This document shows positions 13,076-26,201 of a stretch of 64,000 nt of DNA, piece by piece (within the stretch, counting starts at the first letter, position 1; each line of letters opens with the position of its first letter). The stretch lies in contig JAQFVV010000005.1 of assembly GCA_028023455.1 (NCBI GenBank), forward strand, positions 7,378,001 to 7,442,000, read 5' to 3'. Origin of the DNA: Epiperipatus broadwayi. Taxonomy: Eukaryota; Animalia; Onychophora. The translations under genes were made by a program, and so were the position numbers. The notes beneath the pieces were generated by a model. The model ran no database searches. It was given only the letters and a program-made list of their open reading frames with translations, and was not told the DNA's origin.

Positions 13076-14659
13076 GATTATTTATCTTTTCAGCATATAT
13101 GTGTTTAGGTGTATCAGTGTTATTAGATAGAGTGGAGAGAGGTGGGTGGTGTGAAAGTCTGTGCTCATATACCCTATATTACATATATATAGCCACAGGT
13201 ATATAACAAGCCTGTGCTTCAGTTATTAAAACAATATGATCAATAAAGAACAAAAAGTTTATTTTTAAATTAATTTCTAACAAGTTAAAAAAAAAAATTC
13301 TTGTAATGCATAGAGGGGTAGGAAAATGCTTCCTTTTAATGTTTTAGTTTTTTTTTTTTTTAACACTTTATGAATCTAATTTTAACACTTTATGAATCTA
13401 ATTTTAGGTACACGTTGAATTTTTTTACTATGATAAATCGAAACTTATGTTCCTCTCTTCACTTTTGAAAAAGCAAAGAAGAAAGAAAATAAAAAATTTC
13501 TAACGACAAAAAGAATCAAAATTTCCTAATAAATAAAAAAAAAGTGTTTGAAATTTATCGACATTTAGTAAGTTAATATTAGATAGGTAATATTATGAAA
13601 AATCAACTGTTAAAGCTTATCTTATTTTTTGTCGCCCCCTCCTCCATTTCTTTTTCTTCTCCATCCCCCTCTCCCTTTTCTCAAAACTCAATGAGAATTT
13701 GAAAAGAGAAATAAAAATTCGCAAAAAAAAACAACAACAAAAAAACAAAAGCACCGTCAATAAAAATTAATACTAAGACGTTTTAGATTACACATTGAAT
13801 ATATAAATTAAATCGTGTAATAGTATTACTAAGATAAATCACAATTTTCTTAAAGAAATCTTCAATTGATCAATTAGTCATCCCAGTATTCTTTCATGAC
13901 GCCAAAGCAGTGTTTAAAGAGTAAATTAAAGAAAAAATTAAATGTGCATAGTCGCTTATATCCATATTTGTATCGGAACGCGTGCACACACGTATATAAC
14001 GTAACAAACACGTAAAACTTTGTAATTAAAACACATAAGATTGCTTATCCTGTGTGTGAGAGAAGCGAAACACGCAACTCGATAATTAATATTAGACTTT
14101 TTTTGTGGAATTCCAAATTATTTATTTGTTATTGTTAATTTGTTTTGTTACTAAACTTTTATTAATTCATTTTAAATTTTTGATACTTTGAGTCATATCT
14201 AATTTATATACTCGGAACATAACTGTTACACAGGCGGCTTTTAATAAACTATGAACTTTTAATGAAATCGAAAAATAAAACGTTGCTTTTCAACAAATAG
14301 ACCAATTACATTAGTATCAGCAATTAATTTCCTTTGTATAATTAAATTAGTATTTGTATCACTGATTCGAGTATTATTTGGAATTAATTATTTGGCGTTT
14401 TCAATAGTTGTGCCATGGCGCCCGTAAGCATCAATAACTGTCTCTGCATACTTTAAATAATTATTCTTCAATTGTTTATATTAATAACAAATTCTTCCAA
14501 ATATCCATTATACTGCTATCCAATTTTTTAAAGCTGTTATTATTTTATTTAGATTTCAAGGTGTCTCTTGGGCCCATTATGTCTTTATATAAAAAAGATT
14601 TTTCCTGCCGTACGATATTTTTTTCCGTTTTAATTCAAAAACTTAATACAGTATACAGT

Positions 14660-15095
14660 AATTTTATATGTAGCGACCTCTAACGTCAAATTTAATATTC
14701 CGTATAAAAATGCAATGTAAATTTTATATTAATATACTGATTTTCATTACAGGCGTGAAAAAAAAATAGACGAAGTTTTTTTTTAGAAAATTGGTAACTT
14801 TCTTTATATTATACCCAATCAATTATACTCGCATTAGTGTTTAGAATAAATTAGATTAGGATTAATTTTTACGTTATTGTGGCCACAGAGAACAAAGACT
14901 GATGCTGTCATAGTAACTTTAATTATTAATTAAATTAAAAATGTATTATTTTAGCCATAATTTTAAGTAAGATTATCATATTTCATCGATTGGATGATAT
15001 AATTTTAAATATTAAATGTTTAGAACATATAAAAAAAAGGTAGCTAAACTGTAATTATATTTGGATAATTGCAGGCTTTCGACATAAAAGTATTT
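14660..15095 (+). repeat. Old dispersed direct repeat, also at ~58550-58890
   Basis: Shared blocks GCGACCTCTAA, ATTAATTTTTACGTTATTGT, TTTTAAGTAAGATTA, AAACTGTAA.TATATTTGGAT..TGCAGG. Confidence 0.7.
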
Positions 15096-16394
15096 CCACT
15101 TATTTCTTATTTGTATATGAGATAAAAAATATAATATTGTAATTGAAAATCGAATGACAGACGGTGAATGAAATCATATATACACACCTATGGGTTATAA
15201 TAAAAACTATTTGGAAAACTTTTGTTTATTAACTAGTCCATAGACGAATATTTTGTGAAACGGCAGACTGAATTTTTAAAATAATAGAGATAATTTTTTA
15301 TTATTATTAATTGTTTTTATTAATCGGGCATTAAAAAATATATATATAATTTTTTTTAACTCTATTGTGTCAAGTTTTTAATACTGGCACAGTGAATGAA
15401 AATGTAAAACTATATCAAACTTTAAATTGACTGGACTCTTATATCACTAGATATTTTTGCTATAAGTTGTATATCATATTTAGTATAAGTACATAATAAT
15501 ATATATGTATATAAATATTTAAAATATTAAATATACTTTTAAATGAAAAATGTTTAACCTTTTTACTTAGATTGGAAATTTATTTATAAAAAATCCTTAT
15601 CAAAACTATATTGTAAATGAATTTCAATTAATACATGTAATTTCACACATATGGTGTATATCTATCACTAGATATTTCAGCAATAAGTTAATATGTATAC
15701 TCTTTATGTATATATCTATTTAGTATGTGTACACAATTATATGTGTATTAAAAATCAGTAAATAACTTCTGTTTAAAATTGTTGACACATTTTTTTATTT
15801 GAAAAAAAAATTTTTTTTTTAAAAATTTAATTTTTTTTTTAAAACTATATTATATTTAATATAATGTTTATAAATTGTAAGGAAAAAAATCTTTATAGCA
15901 CTCTCGCAATTTAACAAATAAATAAGCAAACAAACAAATAAACTTTTCAACTTCAATAAAAGCATTTAAAAAGAGATAAAGTTGTACGTGTAAATTTATT
16001 TACAATTGTGGGATGTGGATATAATATCTAAACAATTGTCAGTTAGTTTGGGTTTAGACAAGGAATTCAGAAATAAAATGACAAATATAATATATATGAC
16101 TCATTTCACTTGTATTATTTTATTAAATGATTATTATAATATGAAATCAAATTAAAATATTTTTTGTTTATGGTTTAAATTTTTTTATCATTCCTATTTA
16201 TCAAAGGGACAATTTCTTGTCAATAATTAAACATATCTTACTATGTTATATGTTGTCTGTTGATATAATTCCCAAAATTAAAATTTTTGCATTTATTAAA
16301 ATAAGACGCCCCCCCCCCCCCAAGTTAAATAATGGATTTTCTTTACATTATTTAAATGAATAAATAATCGAATGGTTTTATTGCTTGAGAATTT

Positions 16395-19300
16395 TATTGT
16401 GACACACTCCTGTTCAATCATTAAAAAAAATGAATTAGTCAATTGGATTCAATGAGCAGGAAATGGCTTTCTCAGGACTATGTATTAGTTAAAGAGCCCA
16501 ATGAAAATAACAAGGGAATTAGCATATTCTCTGTTTTCAGGGTTCTTTCAGAAGGGAATGAACTATTTTTAAGTTCAGTTCAGTGCTAACTGGCAGAGCA
16601 GTCTACAAACTCATGCAGCTTAGAATAAATCTTACATTCATGCTATACCATGATCAGACTCCTTTAGTCGTGACTATAACTGACCTATTAGCCCAATCAT
16701 TAACTATGATGTGCATTTTAAGGGACATTATCAGCTTACAGATTTTCAAGCCTATTATATATTGTAATGAACTCAATAATTGTTGTATGAAGTTATCTCT
16801 ATGTTAATATATATATATTATTTGTGCAATAAAATACTTAAGGTTAATTTGAGTTCTCTTCACTAATATACAACAATTAACTGGTAACAGGGATGAGACA
16901 GATTTGTCCAGATGCATCACATAGTTTTTCATAAATGACTGTAAAGTTAAATAGCAAATATGCATCAAGGTGAGCACTTAAAGTGGTTTTTACTTAATAA
17001 TGATTCAAGTATGGTCTTGAAAAATTTCATCCAATTTACCTGGAAATCTGGGCAGCATATTTGGATAGACTGACTTTTTATGTGGGTATCAATGTAATTA
17101 AATCTGATTTAATGTTGGCAACATTTGTGTCTGTCAGCTATTTCCACATTCTAATGTCATAAGTATGCCATTGTATCCTTCTAAACTAATGTTTGATAAG
17201 GCTATAGAACTTCTAAAGACTTATTTTACAGCAAAACTCCTGGTAATGATGCAAAGATACAAATTCTATCTTCACAATCAGGAAGCTGATGGAAAGCCAA
17301 TCAATCATGCATTGAATTGCAAAGAATGGCTTTGACCTATGATTTTGGAACATTCCTTGAGGAAGCACTTAGAGATTAATTTATTTGTGATATAAAGTGT
17401 CATATATTAAGAGTCAGATTATTGATGAATTCCAACACATTAAATCAATCCTGTGATATCCCAGGCGACTTAAGAAGAGAAATGCTTAATCAGTCTGCAT
17501 CTTAGCTGAGTGTGAATGCAAAATAAAAATGACAAGTCTACAATGTCGAAGATCAATTGATGACTCATTTCGTCAGATAAACAAACCTCTAAGCAACTGT
17601 GAAAGAAACAAAATATTGTTACTATAGCAATAAAAATCATTTAATAAATCTGTATATAAATTCTAGCTCTCATTTTTGTCAATGTATTGGACATATTTAA
17701 GCTACCTTTCTTACAAAAAGAAAATTAAATATTGAAAATGGCTTATCTAATAAACTACTATCAATCAAATCACAAAACAATTACATCCTAAATGTACTTA
17801 ATGAATAAAGTGAAGTCTATTTTAAAAATCTAATTATTGTTAATGTTATTTCTGTGGCAGTGGAGATTGATTGTGGCTCAACTGTCTCCATTATCTCAAG
17901 CAAATGTTGCACAACAATAACTAGAAATCAAATGGCTGATCTGAAGCCCACTTCAAAATTAATCTATGATTATTAAGGCAAGTAAATTACACTTTTGGGT
18001 GGGAGGCTCATGACAAAATTTACAAAGTAAGTTAATTACCAAAACTGGTTCCAAATTGATATAGCTTTCAATTTGGAAAATAGTAATCAAATAAATAGTA
18101 AAGTAACAGCTCAGTAGATATAAATGATAAGCATATCAACTTCTAAGTAAATGGATGCCTATAAAGTGTTTATTAATAAACGATAATATGTAATAAAGCC
18201 TTTTAGACAAGAAGTCATGAGCATTCAGCAACAACAAACAGGTTTTTGAATTATTATATTGTGTTCACCCTGAAATAGTGAGAACCAAAATGTTTGCTAG
18301 ATCTTATATCTGATAGGACTTTGATATAAAATTTTAGATACTCCAATGCCAGCAATGCAAATTGAATCAAAATAAGCCCTTTAAAAAAAGAGTCAATCTT
18401 TGTCTGAAGACAACTGGACCCTGGGAAAAAATTTACTTACACCATGTTTGACTTTGAAAGACAAAACATTTCTCATTGTTATTGATGTCTACTCTAAATG
18501 GTTAGAAATAGTTATAGTACCCAACTTTAACACCGCAATCATAATTGAATTTTTGAGGAAAAATTTTGCATCTCTTCATCTTCCTTTGACTATTGTTAAT
18601 GATAATAGAATATAGCCTTTACATCTATTCAGTTTAAAGATTTCTATGGTTATAATGAAAACAATCACATATTGACACTACCATTTCACCCAGAGAGAAA
18701 TGGACAAGCTGAAAGTCTAGTGCAGGAAGTTAAGGAAACAGCAAATGATTAATGTGTGTGCATGGGTAGAGTGATGCTTATCCAGCACATAACTTCATTC
18801 ACCATTCATGGTGAAACCCAAGCTGAAATGCTAATGAATCATAGTTTGAGAACCAAGTTATCCAGTCTTACACCTAAACCTACTACCAAAGGATACAAAG
18901 TAGAAAATTATGAAAACCCCTGAAGATTAACTATATAAATATTATAAGGACTAACTTCATGTTGATTTTAACCATAAAGAAATACTTAGCAGTGAATTGG
19001 TATAACCTGATTCCATAAATCAACAAACAGAAATCCCACTAAAGGGTAACAACCAAGAGCCAGCCCATTCTGAAGTTTTGCCAACACCCTAATTAAAAAT
19101 AATGACAGTTCTAATACCATGAAAGAGGACTGCTTAAACTCTACTAAAAGAAGCAGTAAAAGAAATAGAAAACTGCTAAAGCATCATTTAGAGTATGATT
19201 TGGTAAAATAAGTGACTTATTACATCTAAAGGGAGAAGGAATGATGTGATTCATTCCTGTTCGCTCTTAATAAAATGAAGTCATCATTTGAATTCAATGA

Positions 19301-19556
19301 ATAGTGAATGACTTCCATTTGAAAATGTATTTAATCAACAGACCAATGGTAATAATTAGGGAATTATCATATTCTCCTCTGTGTTCTGTCCCCATCCATC
19401 TTTTAGCAGGAAATGAGTTACTTCTTAGTTCAGTTCAGTTTAATGCTAACAGCATATCTAGCATCTATAAATTCAAGAGTGAATAGGCAGCTTAGCATAA
19501 AGCTTATATTTGTACAATAAAATACTTAAAATTGATCAGAATTGTTATCACTAACA
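16395..19556 (+). mobile_element. Ty3/gypsy (Mag-like) element with both LTRs, internally deleted for RT/RNaseH
   Basis: 5' LTR ~16395-16875 (contains an insertion), PBS-like TGGTAACAGGGATG at 16882, gag (MQRYKFY..FLEEALRD), protease EIDCGSTVS, then integrase FLIVIDVYSKWLEI / PFHPERNGQAE, PPT GGGAGAAGGAA at 19231-19241, 3' LTR 19242-19556. Confidence 0.85.
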
Positions 19557-20748
19557 CCCAAAAAAATTCATAAGAAGTTAGTACCAAAAATGTCATTACT
19601 GGAATCAATCTGAGGACGTTACACTACAGAATCTAACCCTACTGTTGCAGTAAACTATGTAGGGAATAGAGACACCAAATTTATGCTAGTTTTTCCGATT
19701 GTTGGATTCTCCATATTATTTTGGTAAACAGTTTTTATTCATCTCATGCTTGTGATCTTATTTTTTGGATTCTATTTTGAGACTTTTGGATTCATGCAAC
19801 TTATAAATCTTTAAGTGATGGTTGCTTGTTTTTCCTCCATATATTTTGCTTTTGCTTTTTTCCTGATAAGCCCAATATAATTTTTTCATGCTTATCTGCA
19901 TGATATCGTAACCTTTCTTTTGATTGAGCTATTAAATCTTAAACTCTCAAATCTATTCATAAACACTGACAATAAAACTTGTCATGATTCACATTTACCA
20001 CAAAGATTTATCTACAGAAATATCATTCATTAAATGGATAAACTTTAGACTGGCATGAAGAGAATTTGTTACTGAATAACATTATGTAAGCTGACGTCAT
20101 TTAATGTTTTACTGTTTATAATTACTTAGCAATGTCTAGTAAAAACAATTGAAACTAAGTGATTTAATAGTTAAACTGGATTATGATTATTGATATGTGT
20201 CTTTAAATTTTTTAATTGTTGCTAAGTGATTCTAAACAAGTAACTTAATAGTTGAAATAGATTATGGTCACCAATATATAAGTGGCCATAATTCTTTGCA
20301 TATTTCTCCAGTTGGTGTTGTGTTTATACATTTATGTATATGTATGTATGTTGATAATAATATGAAGGAATAGAATAGTTATTTTTTATTGTTCAAGTTA
20401 TAAAATCAGAATCCCTGGTTATTATACATATATTTACTCAACTGCTCATAGTTTTCCTTTTTCATTAATAGATCTTAATCAGATTCATTATTAATAAAGT
20501 ATTTTAAATCACTTTAAAGATTTTCAAAAAATCATTCTAAGAATTTTTATACTGGTTATATGTTTAATATGTTTGTATATCTATATAATTTTAATAACAA
20601 TCTTTGTAAAACTAGGTCCTTCATTCTGGAAAAATAGTAGAATAAATATGAGGCTATTTGAGTAGCAATAATTTTAATAAATGTTTCTAACTGAGCTTAT
20701 TATACAAAAGTATTATAAATACAGTAATCTTTTTTTTTTTTTTTTTTA

Positions 20749-20802
20749 GGTCCTTTCTAATGCTTAACAGCCTTTGAAGATTGGTCCCTGGAATTATAAA
20801 TG
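20749..20802 (+). other. Possible short non-coding exon upstream of the zinc-finger ORF
   Basis: Long poly-T + AG acceptor at ~20730-20749 and a GTAACT donor-like site at ~20802. Confidence 0.3.
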
Positions 20803-21809
20803 TAACTGGTTATTTTGTTGAAGAGAGAGTAATAGAAGAGAAATAAACTACTTGCTAGCCAATGCAGCTATAGAAATATTATCAGAAAACCTTGCTTTCC
20901 TTTAGTATTTATAATTACAATGTGTTTATTCACTAATCGTATTCTAATAATGTTGTTCACAATATCATACCAGTGTTCCAAGCAAGATTTTTAAAAGTGA
21001 GTAAAATCTGATTTCAAGTAATAATATGCAATGATACAGGGACGATTATGGCATTCAAAATCTAAGGATCGCAGTTTAGCTTTAATTGTTTTTATAATGT
21101 TTATTATTGGTGATTACAACTTATCTGATATCATATCTCAATTCCTCATTTTTTAAATATTTTGAAGCTCCCACCAAAATGATGATTTTAATCTATTTAT
21201 TCATTGATTTGGATGTTTCATTAAGTGATCTGAAGATAATAAAAGGCATCAATACCATTTTCACAAAATTATCAGGTTTACATAGATGTTATATATTCTA
21301 TAGCAAGTAGTTTCATATGGAACTGCTAACAGTTGTGATAATTCATGTAAAGAGCTAAACAATATCTTCTATAAACAGTATATTGGACTAAGAATAACAG
21401 TTATTTCTGTTTATTGGCTTCATAAATCTTGCTAGTATTCAATTTTGGTGGACTTCTATTAATGGATTTGCATGTTGTGATGATATTTGTTTTACAATAA
21501 ATCATCAAAGAAAAAAAAAAAAAGTTTATGGATCATATATGTAGCTATGAAGATTCTATAACTTTTTTTATTTTTTAAAAAAAAAAAAAATTTCTATAAC
21601 AAACTCACACATAATTATTTTTAAACATTTCAATACAATAGTAAATCTGTAAGCTGTTGTATTTAAAATATTTTATTGAAACCATACAATAAAGTATAAG
21701 AACATTTATGTAAAAATTTATGTAATAGGAAAATTAACTGCTAAAAAGATTACAGAGACGTGAAGGATATTTCGTTTAAGAAAATAGTTATATAGCATGG
21801 AATCTGTGA

Positions 21810-22976
21810 ATGTATTATTGGCAAAACAAATTCAAAATGCAAGATAACAGTAAAGAAAAAATATGTAAGAATTATACATATGATTACAAAATTATGTTAG
21901 AAAATAATATAATATCTGATAATAATTATGAGAGTGAAAATCTTTTTCAGTGTACTCATTGTGATTTCAAGACAGCTCAAAAATCTGGTTTAAATAGTCA
22001 TGAAAGATGGCATGGAAGAGAATCAATTTTACAATGTACAATAGATAAAAAAGTTAATCCTAGAGAAGAACTTTTCCAATGCCATCTGTGTGACAATAAG
22101 ACAGCAACAAAATGTGAATTATTACATCATTTAAAAATACATACAAGAGAAAAGCTTCTCCAATGTAATCACTGTGATTACAAATGTTTTAATAAATCTT
22201 ATTTTAAAATCCATGAAAGAATTCATACAGGAGAAAAACCATTCCTGTGTAGCATGTGTGATTACAAGTCCACAGCTAAACACCATTTACTAGAACATGA
22301 AAGACGCCATAGTGGAGAAAAACCATACAAATTCCGCCAGTCTAATTATAGAACAGCTTCATCATCCAATAGAAGAAGTCCTTTAAAAACTCATTCTGAA
22401 GGCTCTAGAAAATATAATCACTACGATTGTAAAACGAAAAAAAAATCTCATTTAAAAACACACAAAGGAATCTGCACTAGAAAAAGACCTTTCCAGTGTC
22501 CTATGTGCAAATACAAATGTATTACTAAATATTGCTTAACAATTCATGAAAGAATTCATACAGGAGAAAGACCTTACCAGTGTAATGTATGTGAATACAA
22601 AGGTGTTAGTAAAGGGAGTTTGGCTCTCCATGAAAAAATCCATCCAAAACAAAAGTCTTTTCAGTATAGTTTTTCCGATTCCAAAACTACACTTCCAAGT
22701 AATCTAGATAGTTTTTCCGATTCCAAAACTACACTTCCAAGTAATCTAGATAGTTTTTCCGATTCCAAAACTACACTTCCAAGTAATCTAGAGAAAAGAA
22801 TTAAATCTTCACAATTCTTCCATGTAGGAAATGACTCAGAAAAACAATTTGTTATTAAAAGTGAAGATTGCTGTTTGTGTGGTTACAAAGTCCTTGATAG
22901 TAATGATTTGGAAACTCATATAAATAATCATTTCATTGGTGTGGAAACCTTTGTGTTTCATATGAGATTTACTTGA
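21810..22976 (+). CDS. C2H2 (Kruppel-type) zinc-finger protein, 388 aa
   Basis: Tandem F-x-C-x2-C-x12-H-x3-H fingers with TGEKPF/TGERPY linkers, several degenerate fingers; open across 1.17 kb in AT-rich DNA. Confidence 0.92.
   Translation: MYYWQNKFKMQDNSKEKICKNYTYDYKIMLENNIISDNNYESENLFQCTHCDFKTAQKSGLNSHERWHGRESILQCTIDKKVNPREELFQCHLCDNKTATKCELLHHLKIHTREKLLQCNHCDYKCFNKSYFKIHERIHTGEKPFLCSMCDYKSTAKHHLLEHERRHSGEKPYKFRQSNYRTASSSNRRSPLKTHSEGSRKYNHYDCKTKKKSHLKTHKGICTRKRPFQCPMCKYKCITKYCLTIHERIHTGERPYQCNVCEYKGVSKGSLALHEKIHPKQKSFQYSFSDSKTTLPSNLDSFSDSKTTLPSNLDSFSDSKTTLPSNLEKRIKSSQFFHVGNDSEKQFVIKSEDCCLCGYKVLDSNDLETHINNHFIGVETFVFHMRFT
22668..22793 (+). repeat. In-frame 42-bp tandem triplication (SFSDSKTTLPSNLD x3) within the zinc-finger ORF
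   Basis: AGTTTTTCCGATTCCAAAACTACACTTCCAAGTAATCTAGA(T/G) three times. Confidence 0.95.
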
Positions 22977-23742
22977 AAAATATTTCTCAGGATAGCAAAT
23001 AATTTGTTTAAAGCAACATGGGTTAATCCTTTTAAGACATTGTCAATTTCATTATATGTGTGAAATTTGATTTCAAACTAATTGGTTATTGGAAAATTAA
23101 AGATATTGCCTTTTGTTTTTCCATCACAATAAACAGCCTGTATGAAAAAATGAGAGTAAAAAGATTGATTATTTACAAAAAAAAAAAAAATCAATGGGAA
23201 ATCTATTGCCAATTAATTGATAATATTTAATATAATTTATTTAAAAAAAAAAACCGAGCATATTTTCTAAATGTGTGTATGTTAATATTGTGTAAGATAA
23301 ACATACAGAAATATTTTTGGTAATTATATTTTTAAAAATTTCTAATAATATTATAAATTCATTGCTTTGAAAATAATTTTATCTTGTATGCAACAAATAC
23401 ATTAGCTTTTATTTTAAAAATTCAATTTTAGATTGATAATTATTTTCATGCTCAGGTTAGTTTCTGGATTATGATCTTAGTCATTGAGGTTTTCGAGTTT
23501 AATATATCTCATATTCTACAATTCTCATATAATTGCTTTAGGAGCTCTAATAGATTTAATGGTGATTCAACTTTACAAAGGATGCAATTCTAAAAGCATT
23601 TCTATATATTTCTAGCAAATTTTATTTTGTTGTCAACACATACATAAAGTGATTATGATGTGTGTGGTAGTTTACTTTTTAAATATAAACTTATTAAATG
23701 GGGTTGATAATATTTATATATAAATATATTTATATCCACTTA

Positions 23743-24310
23743 AATATAGGGGATTTGAATTCAGACTTTCAAGCAATCACCAACTATTTACACTATCTCA
23801 TGCAAGTGATACACATGATCACACACATATAGAAAAGATAAATAATCACCAATATACGTATTTCGTGCTAAACCAGCACTCGTCAGTTGGTCCAGATTAT
23901 CATCTCCCATGCATATATATATATATAATCAGTGCTCAGTTTATATTAAGATAGCAAATCTTCACACTTTAATGGACAGGCTTCAATTTACTCCAATTTT
24001 TCAGCAATCCATATCATTGAAAATCTGATGATGAAAGCCCAAATCCCATGCTGATGCCAACATTATCTTAATATAAACTGAGCACTGATTATATATATAT
24101 ATATGGGAGATGATAATCTGGACCAACTGATGAGTGCTGTTAGCACAAAATACCTTTATTGGTGATTATTTATCTTTTCTACATGTGTGTGGTCATGTGT
24201 ATCAGTTGTATGAGATAGTGTGGATAGTTGATCGGTGCTTGAAAGTCTGACTTCAAATCCCCTATATTTACAATTAAGCTCCAGGTTTGTGAAGAGTGCA
24301 TGCTTTTCAA
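23743..24310. mobile_element. Family A-related hammerhead repeat (divergent subfamily), inverted pair with decayed ~17-bp TSD
   Basis: Minus arm to ~24060, plus arm from ~24065; ATATTTATATCCACTTA (23726-23742) vs ATATTTATATTCATTTA (24311-24327). Confidence 0.8.
23848..23891 (-). ncRNA. Canonical minimal type-I hammerhead ribozyme
   Basis: ACCAA-CUGACGA-GUGC UGGUUUA GCAC-GAAA UACGUA U A|UUGGU with G10.1-C11.1; the plus-arm copy 24122-24163 has GAAA changed to AAAA. Confidence 0.9.
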
Positions 24311-25719
24311 ATATTTATATTCATTTATAAACATGTAATTTATATTTTTACATTTTGAGAAATTAAATAATTTATATTTTTGCATAAATATTCTCCTGTT
24401 GATAACTAAAATATATTAAGTTGTAGAAAGAGTGAACTTTTATTCATTTAATGAATGACATTGGCTTTTTAAACTACCTTCTTACAACAATTTTTACTTT
24501 GCAAAGAAAACAGAACTTTGCCATATTTTCAAAATTTGCTGAATTGACGGAGAATATCAAACCATGTCATCATGAAGCAGTCCCATTGAAGATTTCTCAA
24601 CATTATTATAATAATAAAAGAAAGTATTATGATCAAAGTAAACTGTTGATAAAACATCAGATATTTGACAATTCTTTTGTTAATTTCTCTTATTTTTGCA
24701 TGGTAATTCACTTGAATAGTGTCATCATTGTAAGTTAAACACTCAGGGAGTTTTAACAAAATTGTTTATATGATACTATTGTGTTTTTCTTATATTCATC
24801 TGTCTCTGTACACAATTAGGAGTTAATGTTATAGTCATGTTGTTAAATAATAATAATAAACAACTTATTTTATATTTTAGTATTTATTTTCATATTGTTT
24901 TACAATAATTAGATGTTAGTCTATATTCAGTTTGATTATAGTATCCTCACTGAGGATTGGTTGTTTTAAAAAAAAAACATTATTTAATCATTAACTTTAC
25001 TAGATGTTTCATGTAATCTCACTGCTCCTTTTCCATTTTTATTGCTAAGAAATTGATTAAGTGTTAATAATCAAAAAAAATTATATTGTCTATTTATTAA
25101 TTTGTTGCACAATACAAAAGATAGTGAGCATAGAAAAAGTAACTTTAGGGTAATTGAACTCCTATATTTAATCCTTGACATTGGATCTTAAACATTATTG
25201 GATTTCCTGAGCAAACTGACCATGTAATTACTTTTATTTTTTTATACTAATGTGTTTCGTAGTACAGAAAAACTTGGATTATTTAAACTATCTAGAGCTG
25301 AGGCTGGGTTAAATCTTATATCATATTGTTATACTTAGTTTATGTGAAACAGAATGTACTTTCATAAGGTTATTACTGTTTCACTTTACTTTAAAGTATA
25401 AAATAGAAAAAAAAAAGATTTACCAAATAATCAAAAATTGTTCCAAAATTGGAGTGGTAAGCACAATAGTTTTAGATGAAATTAATTAAGAATACATGAG
25501 ATTAGATGAGTGAAAATACGAACATATTAAAATTGTCATAAGATGGAATATTTATTCAGCGATTTGTTATTAAGTTGTATGAGATTGCTTTAAAATATTA
25601 TAAATTTTAAAAAAGATTGGATTTTAATTCAGATAGTATCATCCAATTTTTTAAAAATATTTAAAAGGCTATCGTCAATGATTGGATTCAACCAATTTGC
25701 AACAGTTTAACAGAAATGA

Positions 25720-25960
25720 TTTATAATTTTGTTTTTATTTTGGCAGACTGGTTATTAAAGTAGCTTGTGTGATATTTATTTTACTTATTTCATAAAACTA
25801 TATTTTTATTTCTATATGTTCATTATTTCAGTAACAAATTCTTTTATTATTGAGATGATAAAATTTATATTCTGACTAATATTATCAATAATTAGTATAA
25901 GCACCATGTTTTATTAACAATTTGCCCAGAGAATAATTGTTTGCAATATATCAAATATAA
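25720..25960 (+). repeat. Diverged direct repeat, also at ~30670-30910
   Basis: Shared GGTTA.TAAAGTAG..TTGTGATATTTATTTTA.TT.TTTCATAAAACTATATTTTTAT and downstream blocks. Confidence 0.7.
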
Positions 25961-26201
25961 AAATTATTAAACCAAAGGATTAATCACACAATTGTTGATG
26001 CTTGGATTAAGGAAAATTACATGTGTGGATGCCAATCAAGAAGCTGTATGGAAATATTTTGAAAAGTTGTTTTTATTAGCATTATTATTTAATGGTTTTT
26101 ATTAATATTTTCAAAACTTTTTCTTGAAACATAAATTAGTGTTTTTATATCTGTTTTATAGTTCTTATTTAATTAAATACTGTATATGAAATAATAAATT
26201 A

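Larger units (their letters stand above)
11433..13225. mobile_element. Family A hammerhead repeat (retrozyme-like): ~2.8 tandem units inverted against ~1 unit, 13-bp TSD
   Basis: Unit spacings 475 and 411 bp between ribozymes at 11539, 12014 and 12425; inversion junction 12730/12731; TTAAAACAATATG at 11420-11432 and 13226-13238. Confidence 0.9.
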
